This document shows positions 1 to 25,850 of a DNA stretch of 64,000 nt, piece by piece (position 1 is the stretch's first letter; every line of letters begins with the position of its first letter). The stretch is from Antedon mediterranea (taxonomy: Eukaryota; Animalia; Echinodermata). Made by a program: the position numbers and the translations under genes. Below the pieces are notes generated by a model that saw nothing but the letters and a program-made list of their open reading frames with translations, was not told the origin of the DNA and made no database searches. The stretch is taken from NCBI RefSeq assembly GCF_964355755.1, contig NC_092676.1, positions 2,361,788 through 2,425,787 on the forward strand, in the 5' to 3' direction.

Positions 1-2681
1 ACCACCAATTTTTTTAGTAGCACCCTTTCATCGACAACTAACCCCCTTCCCTCAAACCCCATCCGCGCAGATCCGTTTTTAGTTTAGTGGGGGGGGGGGG
101 GGGGTGTATAAAAATGAAATACAACCTTAGGCTGGGGGGTCAGGGGGCCACCAATGGCCCCGCTTTGGGGGGGGGGGGGGATTTTTGAGTAATTATAGGT
201 TGTTGCAATCGATTTCTGAGCACATAAAAATTCCGCTCTGAAGAATTCAATTAATTTGGGTTATGCACATTTAGGCACTGGTCCTGATGCGCCACTTATA
301 TTCACGCAAGATCTATTCTTTTTACGGTACAGAAAGAAATTACTGCTTTGTATATACGCGTAACCTTTCGTAGCCTACGCGTAAATAGATCGTAGGTCAT
401 TGTTCGCTAAACGTATCCTGCAATTTCCAAAGTAGGCCTATTGTTCGTTGCCTATGATGTATTGTTTATAATATCTACGCGTCGATCGTAGGGTGGTTTG
501 TAGGGTTAGTAATTTGTAAACACCAATGTCATCGCCTTTAGGAGCATGAACAATGGAAACAAACATGTATTGTTGGCTAATTAAAATCCTAGATGTTAAT
601 TTTTGTAGCCGCCCTACACATCGGTTGTCCTAATTTGGCAGGACTTCCGCCGACGAGACGACATCGGGCCCGAGGCCCTCAGCTCACGCAGAGAGAGTTT
701 CGGCGGCCTATGATTCAATCCTACCTTGGTTTAGCGAATTATAAAAACAACACCTTGGCTAGGACACCAACAAAATATATGCAATATAAATATTGTATAT
801 TCCATGTTAAGATTTAACATAGGCCTTTGTAAATTATTACAGTATTACGACAAAAGGCCCGACCAGAATTTGAAGGAGAAAAACGTGCGAATCGTGGGAA
901 CAGTTTAGAGCTAGCTGTATTACGTTTCATGTGACGCAAAATTCAGGTACACTGTTTTGTAGCTACCCCTCGTACCGAGTAAAAAAAACATGCGAGAGGT
1001 TTGCGGTGGTAAAACAGAGTATCGCGTTTCATGACATGTGACCAAAAAACTAGGTCTGTATTAATTACGGTCTTCTGTCGGCAGTCTTTTTGAGCGACCG
1101 ATTGAACGTTCTGATACTATATTTAGAATGAACTGTTTACGATCTTTTTGTTTGCATGTTTCTGGATCGACTGGACGTTCGCTATATTATTTTTATTAGT
1201 TGGCATAGTTCATTGTGTTGGATCGTGTCGTTGAGAGTAAAAAAACACACACGAATGAAACATTTACGAATAAAAAAAATTATATTATATATTTCTTAGT
1301 AATGTACAAATTGGTCCTCCTCCGCCAGTAAAAAATAACACATTAAATAATAATTTTCACACCTTGTTACTTACTAAGAACATCGTGAGGTTGTTTATTG
1401 AGGTTACTAACGAAGCCAAACAATGTAACCTACAAAGCCAACAACGTAGCCTGTTTTATCTACGAAGCTACTTCGTAGGAGAAGTTGAGGTATTTTCTCT
1501 GATATATAATTTTCGATAATCAGAATCTGGAAAAAGTATTAAATCTACTGATAAACAATACTGCTGTTTAATCTATAAATGAATAGATATTATTAATTTA
1601 TATACATGATATAACCATTATACTGCCTAAAAAATGCTGATGGCTGCGCGGCACAATTGTTTTTTTATTTCTTCTTTAAAACGGAGGTGATTTTCCATGA
1701 GGTTTGTGTCGTCCGCGCGTCACACTGTGCTGTGTGTTTGGTGTCCTTTTGTGTGATTGGGTAAGGCAGCATGCAATAAATAAACTTCCAATCACAACGA
1801 GTGTAAAATGGTTAGGGGCTTTGTACGCTTGAATGAACCTGACTCCTTTGCGGCGGTGACTAGTGGAAATTCCTGAGCCTTCCGTAGTAGAGAGATTAAA
1901 TTACAACACAGTGTTTGAAATCGGGAAAACACACCTGACTTCAATTTGAAAAACTCGCACAAGCAGACGATCTTGTCGCGCCATGCGCGATCTATTCTGT
2001 TTCTTTAGTCGCAAACAGAAAAATTAGGTCGCAAATGCGACCAAATACCCCTTAATTTGCAGCCCTGGCTAATTGAAAAAATCTAAATTGCAAAATGAAC
2101 AACATAACTACAGCAATTACGCACATTTTGGCAAATTAATTATACTACAAAAACTTCAATTTATAGGTCAAGTAAAAGTAACTAACTATGATTAAAAAGT
2201 AACTATTTTTTTCCCCACAAATTACAAGCAACATAGCTACAGTAGTTTTGAAATGTTCAACTACAGTAGCATTTGTGAAAAACATACTAGAAAATAACCA
2301 CAATAATCATTTATAGAAAGGGGGTTAAGTATTCTATAGTTAGTTAAACAATGTAACCATAAAAATAGCTGAATGAGTGTAGTACTTAATGGACCTGTAC
2401 TTATGCCCATTTACCATGTGGCTAATTCATCACGCCAGATAATTTTACACAGAATTCTGATACAATATTGTGCCAATGATTATTTTTGTACTGTATTTTT
2501 CCCATTATGTATATTGTAGTAGTATATATTAAAGAAAGTTCAAATTTAGACTGTTGATATCTGTATTTATTTGATAACAGATAAGTTTGTGCATATGCGT
2601 TCTAGTGAACACAGAGACTAACACACCATATATTTTTTACACAGAATCCTGATACAATATTGCGCCAATGATTATTGTTAA

Positions 2682-3285
2682 AGGCCAGGTGCGGGCAAAA
2701 AATTTATATTGATCATACATTCCAATAATTATCGATCTATAGTTTGTCCTATGTTTCATCATTTTTGGGATTTTATTTGTGTTACACGAGCTTGTTGAAA
2801 ATAAGCACTTTCTTATCAGTGGGGGGATAGTTCAAATTACACAGTAAAATCTCTATTCTTTTATACACAAATGTTGTAAATAGAGAGGCATTTTTAAAAA
2901 GCTATGAAAACAGTAAAGTAAACAGCGTGGTAAAAAATCTTATCAGATGACTAAATATAGGTAATATAACTTGAATTTTACGTTTCTGGTATTTTTATTC
3001 AACTTCAGAGTTTTATTTTTATGCTATAGCAAAAATTATCCACTGTATATCCGCCATCTTTTTTTTACCCTCTAGGGAGTCACCAGACATGTTATTACAT
3101 TAGGATAAACTACCTAACTACTGAAAAAAAGTCTTCCTGGTTTTCATAGCAGAATTTTGTCAAATTTTGTATTTGACCATTTTAAGGGATATTAATGTTT
3201 TTTCGTCTAGATTTCTATTACAAATATTTGATTTATGTGCAATTAACCAGATATTATGTTTAAAATTCATGCCTATACCTGATCT
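2682..3285. mobile_element. Putative TIR element (Kolobok-like) inserted in the second copy of a ~190-bp tandem duplication
   Basis: TTAA on the left and imperfect TIRs (AGGCCAGGTGCGGGCA / TGCCTATACCTGATCT). The flanks rejoin to reproduce the uninterrupted copy at about 2443-2622. Confidence 0.5.
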
Positions 3286-3981
3286 AAAGATCTTTTGTCC
3301 ATTATGTATACAGTACAGTATTTAAGAAAGTTAATATTTAAATGGTTGGTATCTATATATCCATATGATAAAAGATAAGTTTGTTCACACGAGTCTTTGT
3401 GAACCAAGGATTAATACTGTAGTGAATATAGTGAATATTATACAGGACTTGTCTCATTAAAATTTGGTATTACAGTATACAATTACTATCGTCATAAAAA
3501 TTGTATTCTAAAAACATTTCAATTTCCTTGAGTTCAATGTGATCGTTAAGTACAGTAGTGCTCTCATCAAAATGTTCTGGTATTTTTATTTCCGAGTTCT
3601 ATTTATACGTAAATATTACTCAATAGACAATCATCACTTCCCTCTGGGAACTCTTACATTTGACCGTCAATATTAGCAGGTTGCTGTTAACATATCAAGT
3701 ACTTTTGTGAAGCTAGAAGGCTGAATTGGAAACAGATCAATATATAACTTGACTAACCTTACACTTTATAACTTCTATTTAAAAGCTTTAGTAAGTAGAT
3801 ATAATTTACTTAGTAAAATACAGAGTTGATATCCATATTGATATTTATCTATTATATTATAAACATCCCTATAATGAAATGGTATGACCTATGTATCTTT
3901 TATTCAGCCATTGATGAGAAGATACTAGTACTAGGCATGGGGTATTTATCAATGTCTTAGGTAAAGGTGGAAGGTATAATG

Positions 3982-4139
3982 TAGTCAACTCTCCCAATAC
4001 TGGACTTTCTAAAAACCAGAAACTCGTTCTTCCCGAGGTCCAAAGGGTTCAAAATTTCTTGTTAGCATTAACAACACCGATAACCTGACTTTCCGGAAGA
4101 CCAGCCCAAAGGTGTCAGATATTGGGAAAGTTGACTGTA
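3982..4139. mobile_element. Tc1/mariner-pogo (Tigger-like) MITE
   Basis: Imperfect TIRs agtcaactctcccaata / tattgggaaagttgactg with TA at the right end. Confidence 0.5.
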
Positions 4140-6117
4140 CTTGCAATACTGTACCACCTAGAAGCCTAGCTAATGGATAGTGAGTTCTAGTAAACAGTCA
4201 TACACCCATAATATTGTTTGGCATTCACACTACTGTACTGTAGCAGCCTTATCTGTATCTGTGCAAGTAACCCATTCTGTTGAATTGCAAAGATGAAATT
4301 GAAACTTAACTGACAGACAGACGGACGGACAGACAAATAGACAGACAGGCTTTTACAGATAACTTTATAGTTTATTTAATAGAGTATGCTTTCAGTGTAA
4401 TTGATGTTTTAGTAGCATTTAGATATGAAATGAAGAAGGAGGCTATAATTAGCTCTCGTACCTGGCGGCTGTGGGAAATGCACTTTTATTGTACGTTGAC
4501 ATTTTAAGGATAAATTGAATAATAAATGTAATTTCAACAACAAAAATTACTTTTTAAATACAGTAATAAAATCAAAATGTAAAAAGGTAACCTTATGAAT
4601 ATGATATAAATTATCTTTGATTCAATTTAAGAAATTATCATAAATTTGTAACAAGACAAAATTTAATGTTATCATTTGTGATAATCTAAAATGAATTTAC
4701 TTTTTAAATACATTAATAAAATTGAGGTAATCTTGTGAAATCAAATATCTGATTTCATTCTAGAAATTAATCATAAATTCTTAAATTTGTAACAAGACAA
4801 AATTAAATTTTGAACAAATAAAAAGTAATAAAAAATGAATTTTTGTTATAAATTAAAACCGTTGACAAATTGATGTACTGAGTATTCTACACTATTGACC
4901 TTTTTGTAATTTTAATTTGTTCCAAAATTGATGGATTTTATAAATTCCTTTTTAATACGTTCTGATGGTATTCCAAAATGTCTGCAAAATTTATAATAAT
5001 AATAATATACTCCTACGTACATACTGTAACTAAACAAAATATAATGATAGTAATACTTGTTTCCTTTATTTTGAAACGTTATCCTTTAATTACCAAAAAA
5101 TCTAGCATAACACAGAAGTCGGAGATTGATTAAGTTTGTTACGACAAATTTTGTAAAGATTCTAATAAATTTAAAATGTCTCTCGTTCTTAGTTATGGAT
5201 TCTGATAAACCATGCTGATGCTGGTTTAAGCCCGCCTTCTTTTGATAATTTTTTTTGGTGCAAAATGAGCACATTTATCATTAATTTTAAGATTTTAGTG
5301 CATACAGTAATAAAACACATTTAGTTTCTTAAATATATGGTCTAAAACATCAGCAAAAATGATTGGAGTTTTTTTGCGTCTTTATTGTCTGTGATGTAAA
5401 CAATCATTACGGATGATTTCGTGTAGAGTGCATTGACATTTTGCAGCTAATCTTGATAATTCCGTACATAATCTATGATACCGTGGTTGTCAGAATTGAG
5501 AAAATTGTCAAAGATTCCGTCTTCTGATAAAAGTTAAAAGCAGACACTATAAGATAATTCAAATTGAAGGCTCACCTTGTTTTGCGGTTAAACTTTTAAC
5601 ACGTTCACCAATGTAACCTTTTATTTTGATGCGCGTCGTCTTGTAATAATCTACGCATGATCAACTAAAGAAAATGTATAATATAAGATTAGGAAATGTC
5701 TATTAAGACGAAATGTACTCAGTGGATGGGTGTGTACTTACCAGGGGAAATTGCTGTTCAATTCTGAGTAAGTTCTAAGTATTTAAAATTTAAAGCACTG
5801 CCCACACTTTCTCCTACACACATGATAAATTTGATAGTAGGTGACGAGGTTGTTTAGTTGTACGAGTTGAGTCTGAGATTGCAATATGCTGAGTTGAAGA
5901 ATCATCATTTTGTCTATAAATTCTAATTGTTATTACTGTATTGTTTGGAGATTTTAAATTAATATTGAGCAAGAGTTAGTGAATAATGAAGGAGCTAAAA
6001 CTGAATATGAAGGTAAATAATGTCTTCTTAACCTTTTACGAATTTTATGATGGTTTACAGTCAAATCTTTTATTGTCTTGAACATAACCTTAGTAAACAT
6101 TACTGTAGTTTGTCTAA

Positions 6118-6253
6118 AGCTCTGTCTACACTATCAAACTAGTTTTACAAAGTGGGATATGCCCAAATATGGTAGTGATATGACATCATCATGCTCATAT
6201 ATGGGCACATCACATTATTTTGCCACATAAAAATTGATAGTATAGACAGAGCT
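6118..6253. mobile_element. Harbinger/PIF (Tourist-like) MITE family 1, reference copy; about 18 copies in the window
   Basis: TIR AGCTCTGTCTACACTATCAAAC...GTTTGATAGTGTAGACAGAGCT flanked by TAA/TTA. Other copies (approximate): 6639-8257 (expanded), 11036-11180, 11828-11987, 12477-12596, 15646-15798, 19239-19394, 20109-20302, 21772-21909, 22223-22348, 22352-22483, 23190-23323, 23852-24005, 26886-27046, 30660-30809, 31060-31191, 44666-44863, 47205-47344, 48580-48720, in both orientations. The superfamily is inferred from the 3-bp TWA target site. Confidence 0.85.
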
Positions 6254-6638
6254 TAACCTTAGAATTCAGTACTGTATTATCATAACATTTAAAAGATGGT
6301 TTTATTACGTCAAGAACAATAGCCATTCATTCAAGCTAACATATAGTAATAATATCCAGCGTATGAGCGCAATTAATGGTTTTATTGATGTTTATTGATT
6401 GGCTCCATCATGTCATGTGATATTAAATTTCGTTAAATACGTTTCAATCAAGCGTTAAAGTTTGTCTTTCAATTCTATTAATTGATTCCTAAAATGAAAG
6501 TGGTTGTAATTTGAATGACTGAATATTATCACAAGTATGTACTGTATGTTATACACAGTATAGCGGGTATACTATAGTAGAACAAGATTTAGTAGTAGAC
6601 ATACTGTATGTTAAGTAGTAGAGAACCATGTTCTTTTA

Positions 6639-8257
6639 AGCTCTGTCTTAACTATCAAACTAGTGTGATGTGCCCAAATATGGTGGTGATATGCCTGAAT
6701 GTGGTGGTGATGTGCCTGAATATGGAGGTGATGTGCCTAAATATGGTAGTGATATGCCTGAATATGGTGGTGATGTGCCTGAATATGGTGGTGATATGCC
6801 TGAATATGGTGGTGATATGCCTGAATATGGTAGTGATATGCCTGAATATGGTGGTGATATGCCTGAATATGGTAGTGATATGCCTGAATATGGTGGTGAT
6901 ATGCCTGAATATGGTGGTGATATGCCTAAATATGGTGGTGATATGCCTGAATATGCTGGTGATATGCCTGAATATGCTGGTGATATGCCTGAATATGCTG
7001 GTGATATGCCTGAATATGGTAGTGATGCCTGAATATGGTAGTGATTATGCCTGAATATGGTAGTGAATATGCCTGAATATGGTAGTGAATATGCCTGAAT
7101 ATGGTAGTGAATATGCCTGAATATGGTAGTGAATATGCCTGAATATGGTGGTGATGTGCCTAAATAATATGGTGGTGATGTGCCTAAATAATATGGTGGT
7201 GATGTGCCTAAATAATATGGTGGTGATGTGCCTAAATAATATGGTGGTGATGTGCCTAAATAATATGGTGGTGATGTGCCTGAATATGGTGGTGATATGC
7301 CTGAATATGGTGGTGATATGCCTGAATATGGTAGTGATATGCCTGAATATGGTAGTGATATGCCTGAATATGGTAGTGATATGCCTGAATATGGTGGAGA
7401 TATGCCTGAATATGGTAGTGATATGCCTGAATATGGTGGTGATATGCCTGAATATGGTGGTGATATGCCTGAATATGGTAGTGATATGCCTGAATATGGT
7501 GGTGATATGCCTGAATATGGTGGTGATATGCCTGAATATGGTGGTGATGTGCCTAAATAATATGGTGGTGATGTGCCTAAATAATATGGTGGTGATGTGC
7601 CTGAATATGGTGGTGATGTGCCTGAATATGGTGGTGATGTGCCTGAATATGGTAGTGACATGCCTGAATATGGCTAGTGACATGCCTGAATATGGCTAGT
7701 GACATGCCTGAATATGGCTGGTGATATGCCTGAATATGGCTGGTGATATGCCTGAATATGGTGGTGATATGCCTGAATATGGTGGTGATATGCCTGAATA
7801 TGGTGGTGATATGCCTGAATATGGTGGTGATATGCCTGAATATGGTGGTGATATGCCTGAATATGGTGGTGATATGCCTGAATATGGTGGTGATATGCCT
7901 GAATATGGTGGTGATATCCCTGAATATGGTGGTGATGTGCCTAAATAATATGGTGGTGATGTGCCTGAATATGGTGGTGATGTGCCTGAATATGGTGGTG
8001 ATGTGCCTGAATATGGTAGTGACATGCCTGAATATGGTAGTGACATGCCTGAATATGGCTAGTGACATGCCTGAATATGGCTAGTGATATGCCTGAATAT
8101 GGCTAGTGACATGCCTGAATATGGCTACTGTAGTGATATGCCTGAATATGGCTACTGTAGTGATATGCCCAAATATGGTAGTGATATGACATCGTCATAT
8201 CCATATGGGCACATCACATTTTTTTGTCACATAAAGTTTGATAGTGTAGACAGAGCT
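6639..8257. repeat. MITE family 1 copy with its internal 21-bp unit expanded into a ~1.5-kb minisatellite (about 70 units)
   Basis: Both MITE TIRs are present at the ends. The interior is tandem GCCTGAATATGGT[GA]GTGAT[AG]T with 19-, 22-, 24- and 27-bp variant units. This accounts for all repetitive ORFs at 6608-8278. Confidence 0.93.
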
Positions 8258-9544
8258 TTTGCATTATTGGTGATATAGAACATGCCATAAAATTAAAAAA
8301 AATATGAAGTACTTTAGGTAATAGAAAGTGCAACTTTTAGAGTTTTTAACAATTTTATGAATAAAATAAATGTTTTGTTATGTAGGTGGATTGATAATCC
8401 TGTTGTTGATGTTTCAAGCTCTCAAGATTTATTATAAGAGATGTAAATGTTTATGAGTGGGCAGACATTTCACTCCAACATGAAAACAATATGTCTATTA
8501 GACTGTGTTTTGAATGTTTACCTTTTAATTACTGCAGTAATGTCAAGCACGAGATGCCAAGCATTGTATAAAAATTTCTAAGAAACAAGTCTTCTACTGT
8601 ATGTCAAAGTTTAATTTAAGTCTTGTGTTTATTCTGTAACCAACAGAATGTGAGTTAATGGCCAAGCAGGCTTCCCAGTATAAAGAAATAAAATAATGTA
8701 TTAATCCGTAATAATATGAATTGACAACTAGTATGTTTAGAGCAATAATGCTAGAAATGACCATGTCCCTTAACCATTTATGCTTGGTACCCACTTAGAG
8801 GCACCGCAACGACGTAGGCACAATGCTGGTGAGTTCACAATCACAACCGTTTTGATGAACCATTGCGTTGTGATGCGCTTACATATTGAAAACCAACCAA
8901 TCAGTTAAGATCTGCTTTTTTGGTTGAATAAGTTGAATGTAATTGGATTATTTAACTTACAAAAATAAAATTACATCCTTTTCAACAGTGTATATACTAC
9001 TGTATGACATTTGTAAATGTAAAGTAATCAAGTTTAGAGAGGTTAATGGGTCCTGAGATAGTATAGTTAAGTATTTATGGAAATTAGTTTAGGACTGAAG
9101 TTTAATGTTGTATGTAATAATGGGTTTAATAACTGTAGGTCATTCCTGTTTGATTTGTAAAAGAGAACATTGACTTTGCCATCGGCAAGGTTTCTTTATG
9201 TGTCAAATAACATGTTTAGATTTAAACTGTTAATTTCCGAGAAGTAAATCTTAGAATTTGTAGGCAAACAGATTAATTGAACTATGATAGATTATTTGAA
9301 CTATTACAGAGAGATTATATAGTTTGTGATTTCAACAATTTGTGTATGTACCAGGCTATTTGCAAGAGTATAATTCTAGACAAAATTTAAATTGTTTTTG
9401 TTTTTTTGTATAGTACATTATGAAAACATTTTAAAAAATATTTTTATTTCATACAGTATGCATCCAACAGTGAGTAACTCGCCAATATAATAAATATTTT
9501 ATAATTTATCGCTCTTATAAAATAAGACTCATTTGATGCTTAGG

Positions 9545-9648
9545 GAGTGGAGTTGAAAGAGTTGTAACCCTGTTACTAGGCCAGGATTGAACCCTGGGCC
9601 TTGGGATTGGAAGACAAGCATGTTAACCACCAAGCTACAGATCCACTA
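9545..9648 (-). mobile_element. Second tRNA-derived SINE family; copies at 30436-30548 (+), 52535-52650 (-), 55960-56040 (+), 60074-60125 (+, deleted)
   Basis: Reverse strand TAGTGGATCTGTAGCTTGGTGGTTAACATGCTTG...GGTTCAATCC (A and B boxes), with a shared downstream ACAACTC..CCACTCC motif across copies. Confidence 0.6.
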
Positions 9649-10859
9649 CATTATATAGTTAAGCTATAATATATCACATTTAGATTTGTAGAGACTTCAA
9701 ATCATGATTATTTTGAGAGGAAAACGCTACACAAAAAATTGTGTACAAGAATACAATATATCATTGGTCATAATTGTTGTTTGTTGTCTAAATATTGAGA
9801 TGACTTGTACAATAACACGAGTTTTACTAATCAACTTTAGGTATTCAACTATAATACATTCTCCATGCAATGAAACACAACCATTGTGATACTATAGCAT
9901 ACAATCTACCAACATTAATCATAATCATGGATTTTTCTAAAAAAAGTAAACAATATTATGAAAGACCCCACTCATCCGTTACATTACTGTTATAACTTAA
10001 ATAGATCAGGCATTAGGCTACGACCTCCAAGAGCAAATCTTTGTAGAACTAGAAAATCCTTCGTTGTAAATAGCATTCATATTTTTAATTCTAATGTAAG
10101 ACGTTAATGCAATTTTTAATAGTTTTACATTTTTAACAGTATTTTTAACTTTTTATCTTGTATTTTTAATCTGTTATAATACTGCACGTTTTTAAATTGT
10201 TGCAATATTGTTGTTTTAATCTACCAAGCAAAGTGAATTTTCATTTTTATGGACAAATAAAATTTCTTGAATCTTGAATCTTGAATACCTGCAAAAATAT
10301 GACATTATATTTTATGGATGGCATTTCTTGGGAAAAATGTAATTATTATCAACAATGTCTGTTATGAATAGATCTGACCATAAAGTCCATATTAATAAAA
10401 TCATGGCTAAAATTTTCTTTTGGAATATTACATATTTATGGCAAGATAATGAGCTGATTTAAATATTTCTGATGATGATATTTTGGGTGGTTTTCACTTA
10501 AGGGTGTGGACAACACCATTATCTGGTAGGGGTGCTCTACTGTTTTCTTTTATTAAATGTATGCTCTCTTCTTGGGAGAGAGAGGCTATTTTCGGTTTAT
10601 CTAGGTAAGTTTCACTCACTTTTGGTTTGTGTAATTTAAATCTCTTACATACATAATCACACATATTAAATGGAACACATAGTTTTATTGAAATATAATT
10701 TTAAAGTACTTTTTTTCATGTTATTTTAATCAATTTGTACCCTAATTTTAATTTTAAATCTAAGGGAAAAATGGAAATTATGTATTTGCTGTATCATTGA
10801 CAGACTTTTTGAAATTAATTTCCATTTATTTTATATTATGAAATTTTTATTTTATTTAG

Positions 10860-25192
<14,333 letters not shown>

Positions 25193-25426
25193 AATGATGA
25201 GATATGCAGTTGATTAGAATAAAGGTGCCGAAGAAAATATATATAGTATTGAGTCTATGTAAGTATAACAATGTATGAGTTTAGTAAGGTAAGCATTAGA
25301 TTATTGGCAAAGGGTTGTTATCAGCTGAATAAAGGTAGTACATTTACAGATTTATGTTTTAAAGTACAAACATGTTATATAGTTTTGATTAAATTATACT
25401 CTTTTCTGCCTATATAAGGCATAAAT

Positions 25427-25850
25427 CTGATAGGCATATATAGTCATGACATCATAACAGGACCGTATTTGGGCATGTCATGACAATATCATGCCTCTGA
25501 TAGGCTAAAATAGTCATGACATCATAATGGGACCATATTTGGGCATCTCATGGCCATAACTTGCCTCTGATAGGTTAATATAATCATGAAATTATAATGG
25601 GACCATATTTGGGCATTTTATGACCATATCTTGCCTCTGTTAGGCTAATATAATCATGACATTATAATGGGACCATATTTGGGCATTTTATGACCATATC
25701 TTGCCTCTGATAGGTTAATATAGTCATGACATTATAACAAGACCGTATTTAGGCATGTCATGACCATATCTTGCCTCTGATAGGCTAATATAGGCATGAC
25801 ATCAAAATTAGAAGACCATATATGGGCATGTTATGTACAGATCGTGCCTC
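25427..25850. repeat. 70-bp tandem repeat (about 6 copies) in the probable RSK 3'UTR
   Basis: gcctctg recurs at 25493, 25563, 25633, 25703 and 25773. Units contain ATGACATCAT/ATGACATTAT and ACCATATTTGGGCAT. Confidence 0.9.

Noticed and set aside
593-817. 74-aa ORF in the CpG-richer start region, and other isolated 60-120 aa ORFs in introns
   Set aside because: No recognisable domain; many start at non-ATG codons or overlap MITEs/SINEs, as expected by chance.
6608-8278. Long repetitive ORFs ([28 protein letters not shown]) as real genes
   Set aside because: All are alternative frames of one 21-bp minisatellite bounded by MITE TIRs, with frame-shifting variant units and no splice context.
9545-9648. 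tRNA genes at the A/B-box sequences (also 40720-40790 and 52580-52650)
   Set aside because: No complete cloverleaf; multiple decayed copies with shared tails indicate SINEs.
5700-10605. Candidate first or alternative RSK exons (MKELKLNMK-gtaaat near 5986-6012; ATGCTG-gtgagt near 8823-8828; ctag-gtaagt near 10604)
   Set aside because: Plausible donors, but no recognisable RSK N-terminal similarity, and some have the wrong phase; cDNA is needed.
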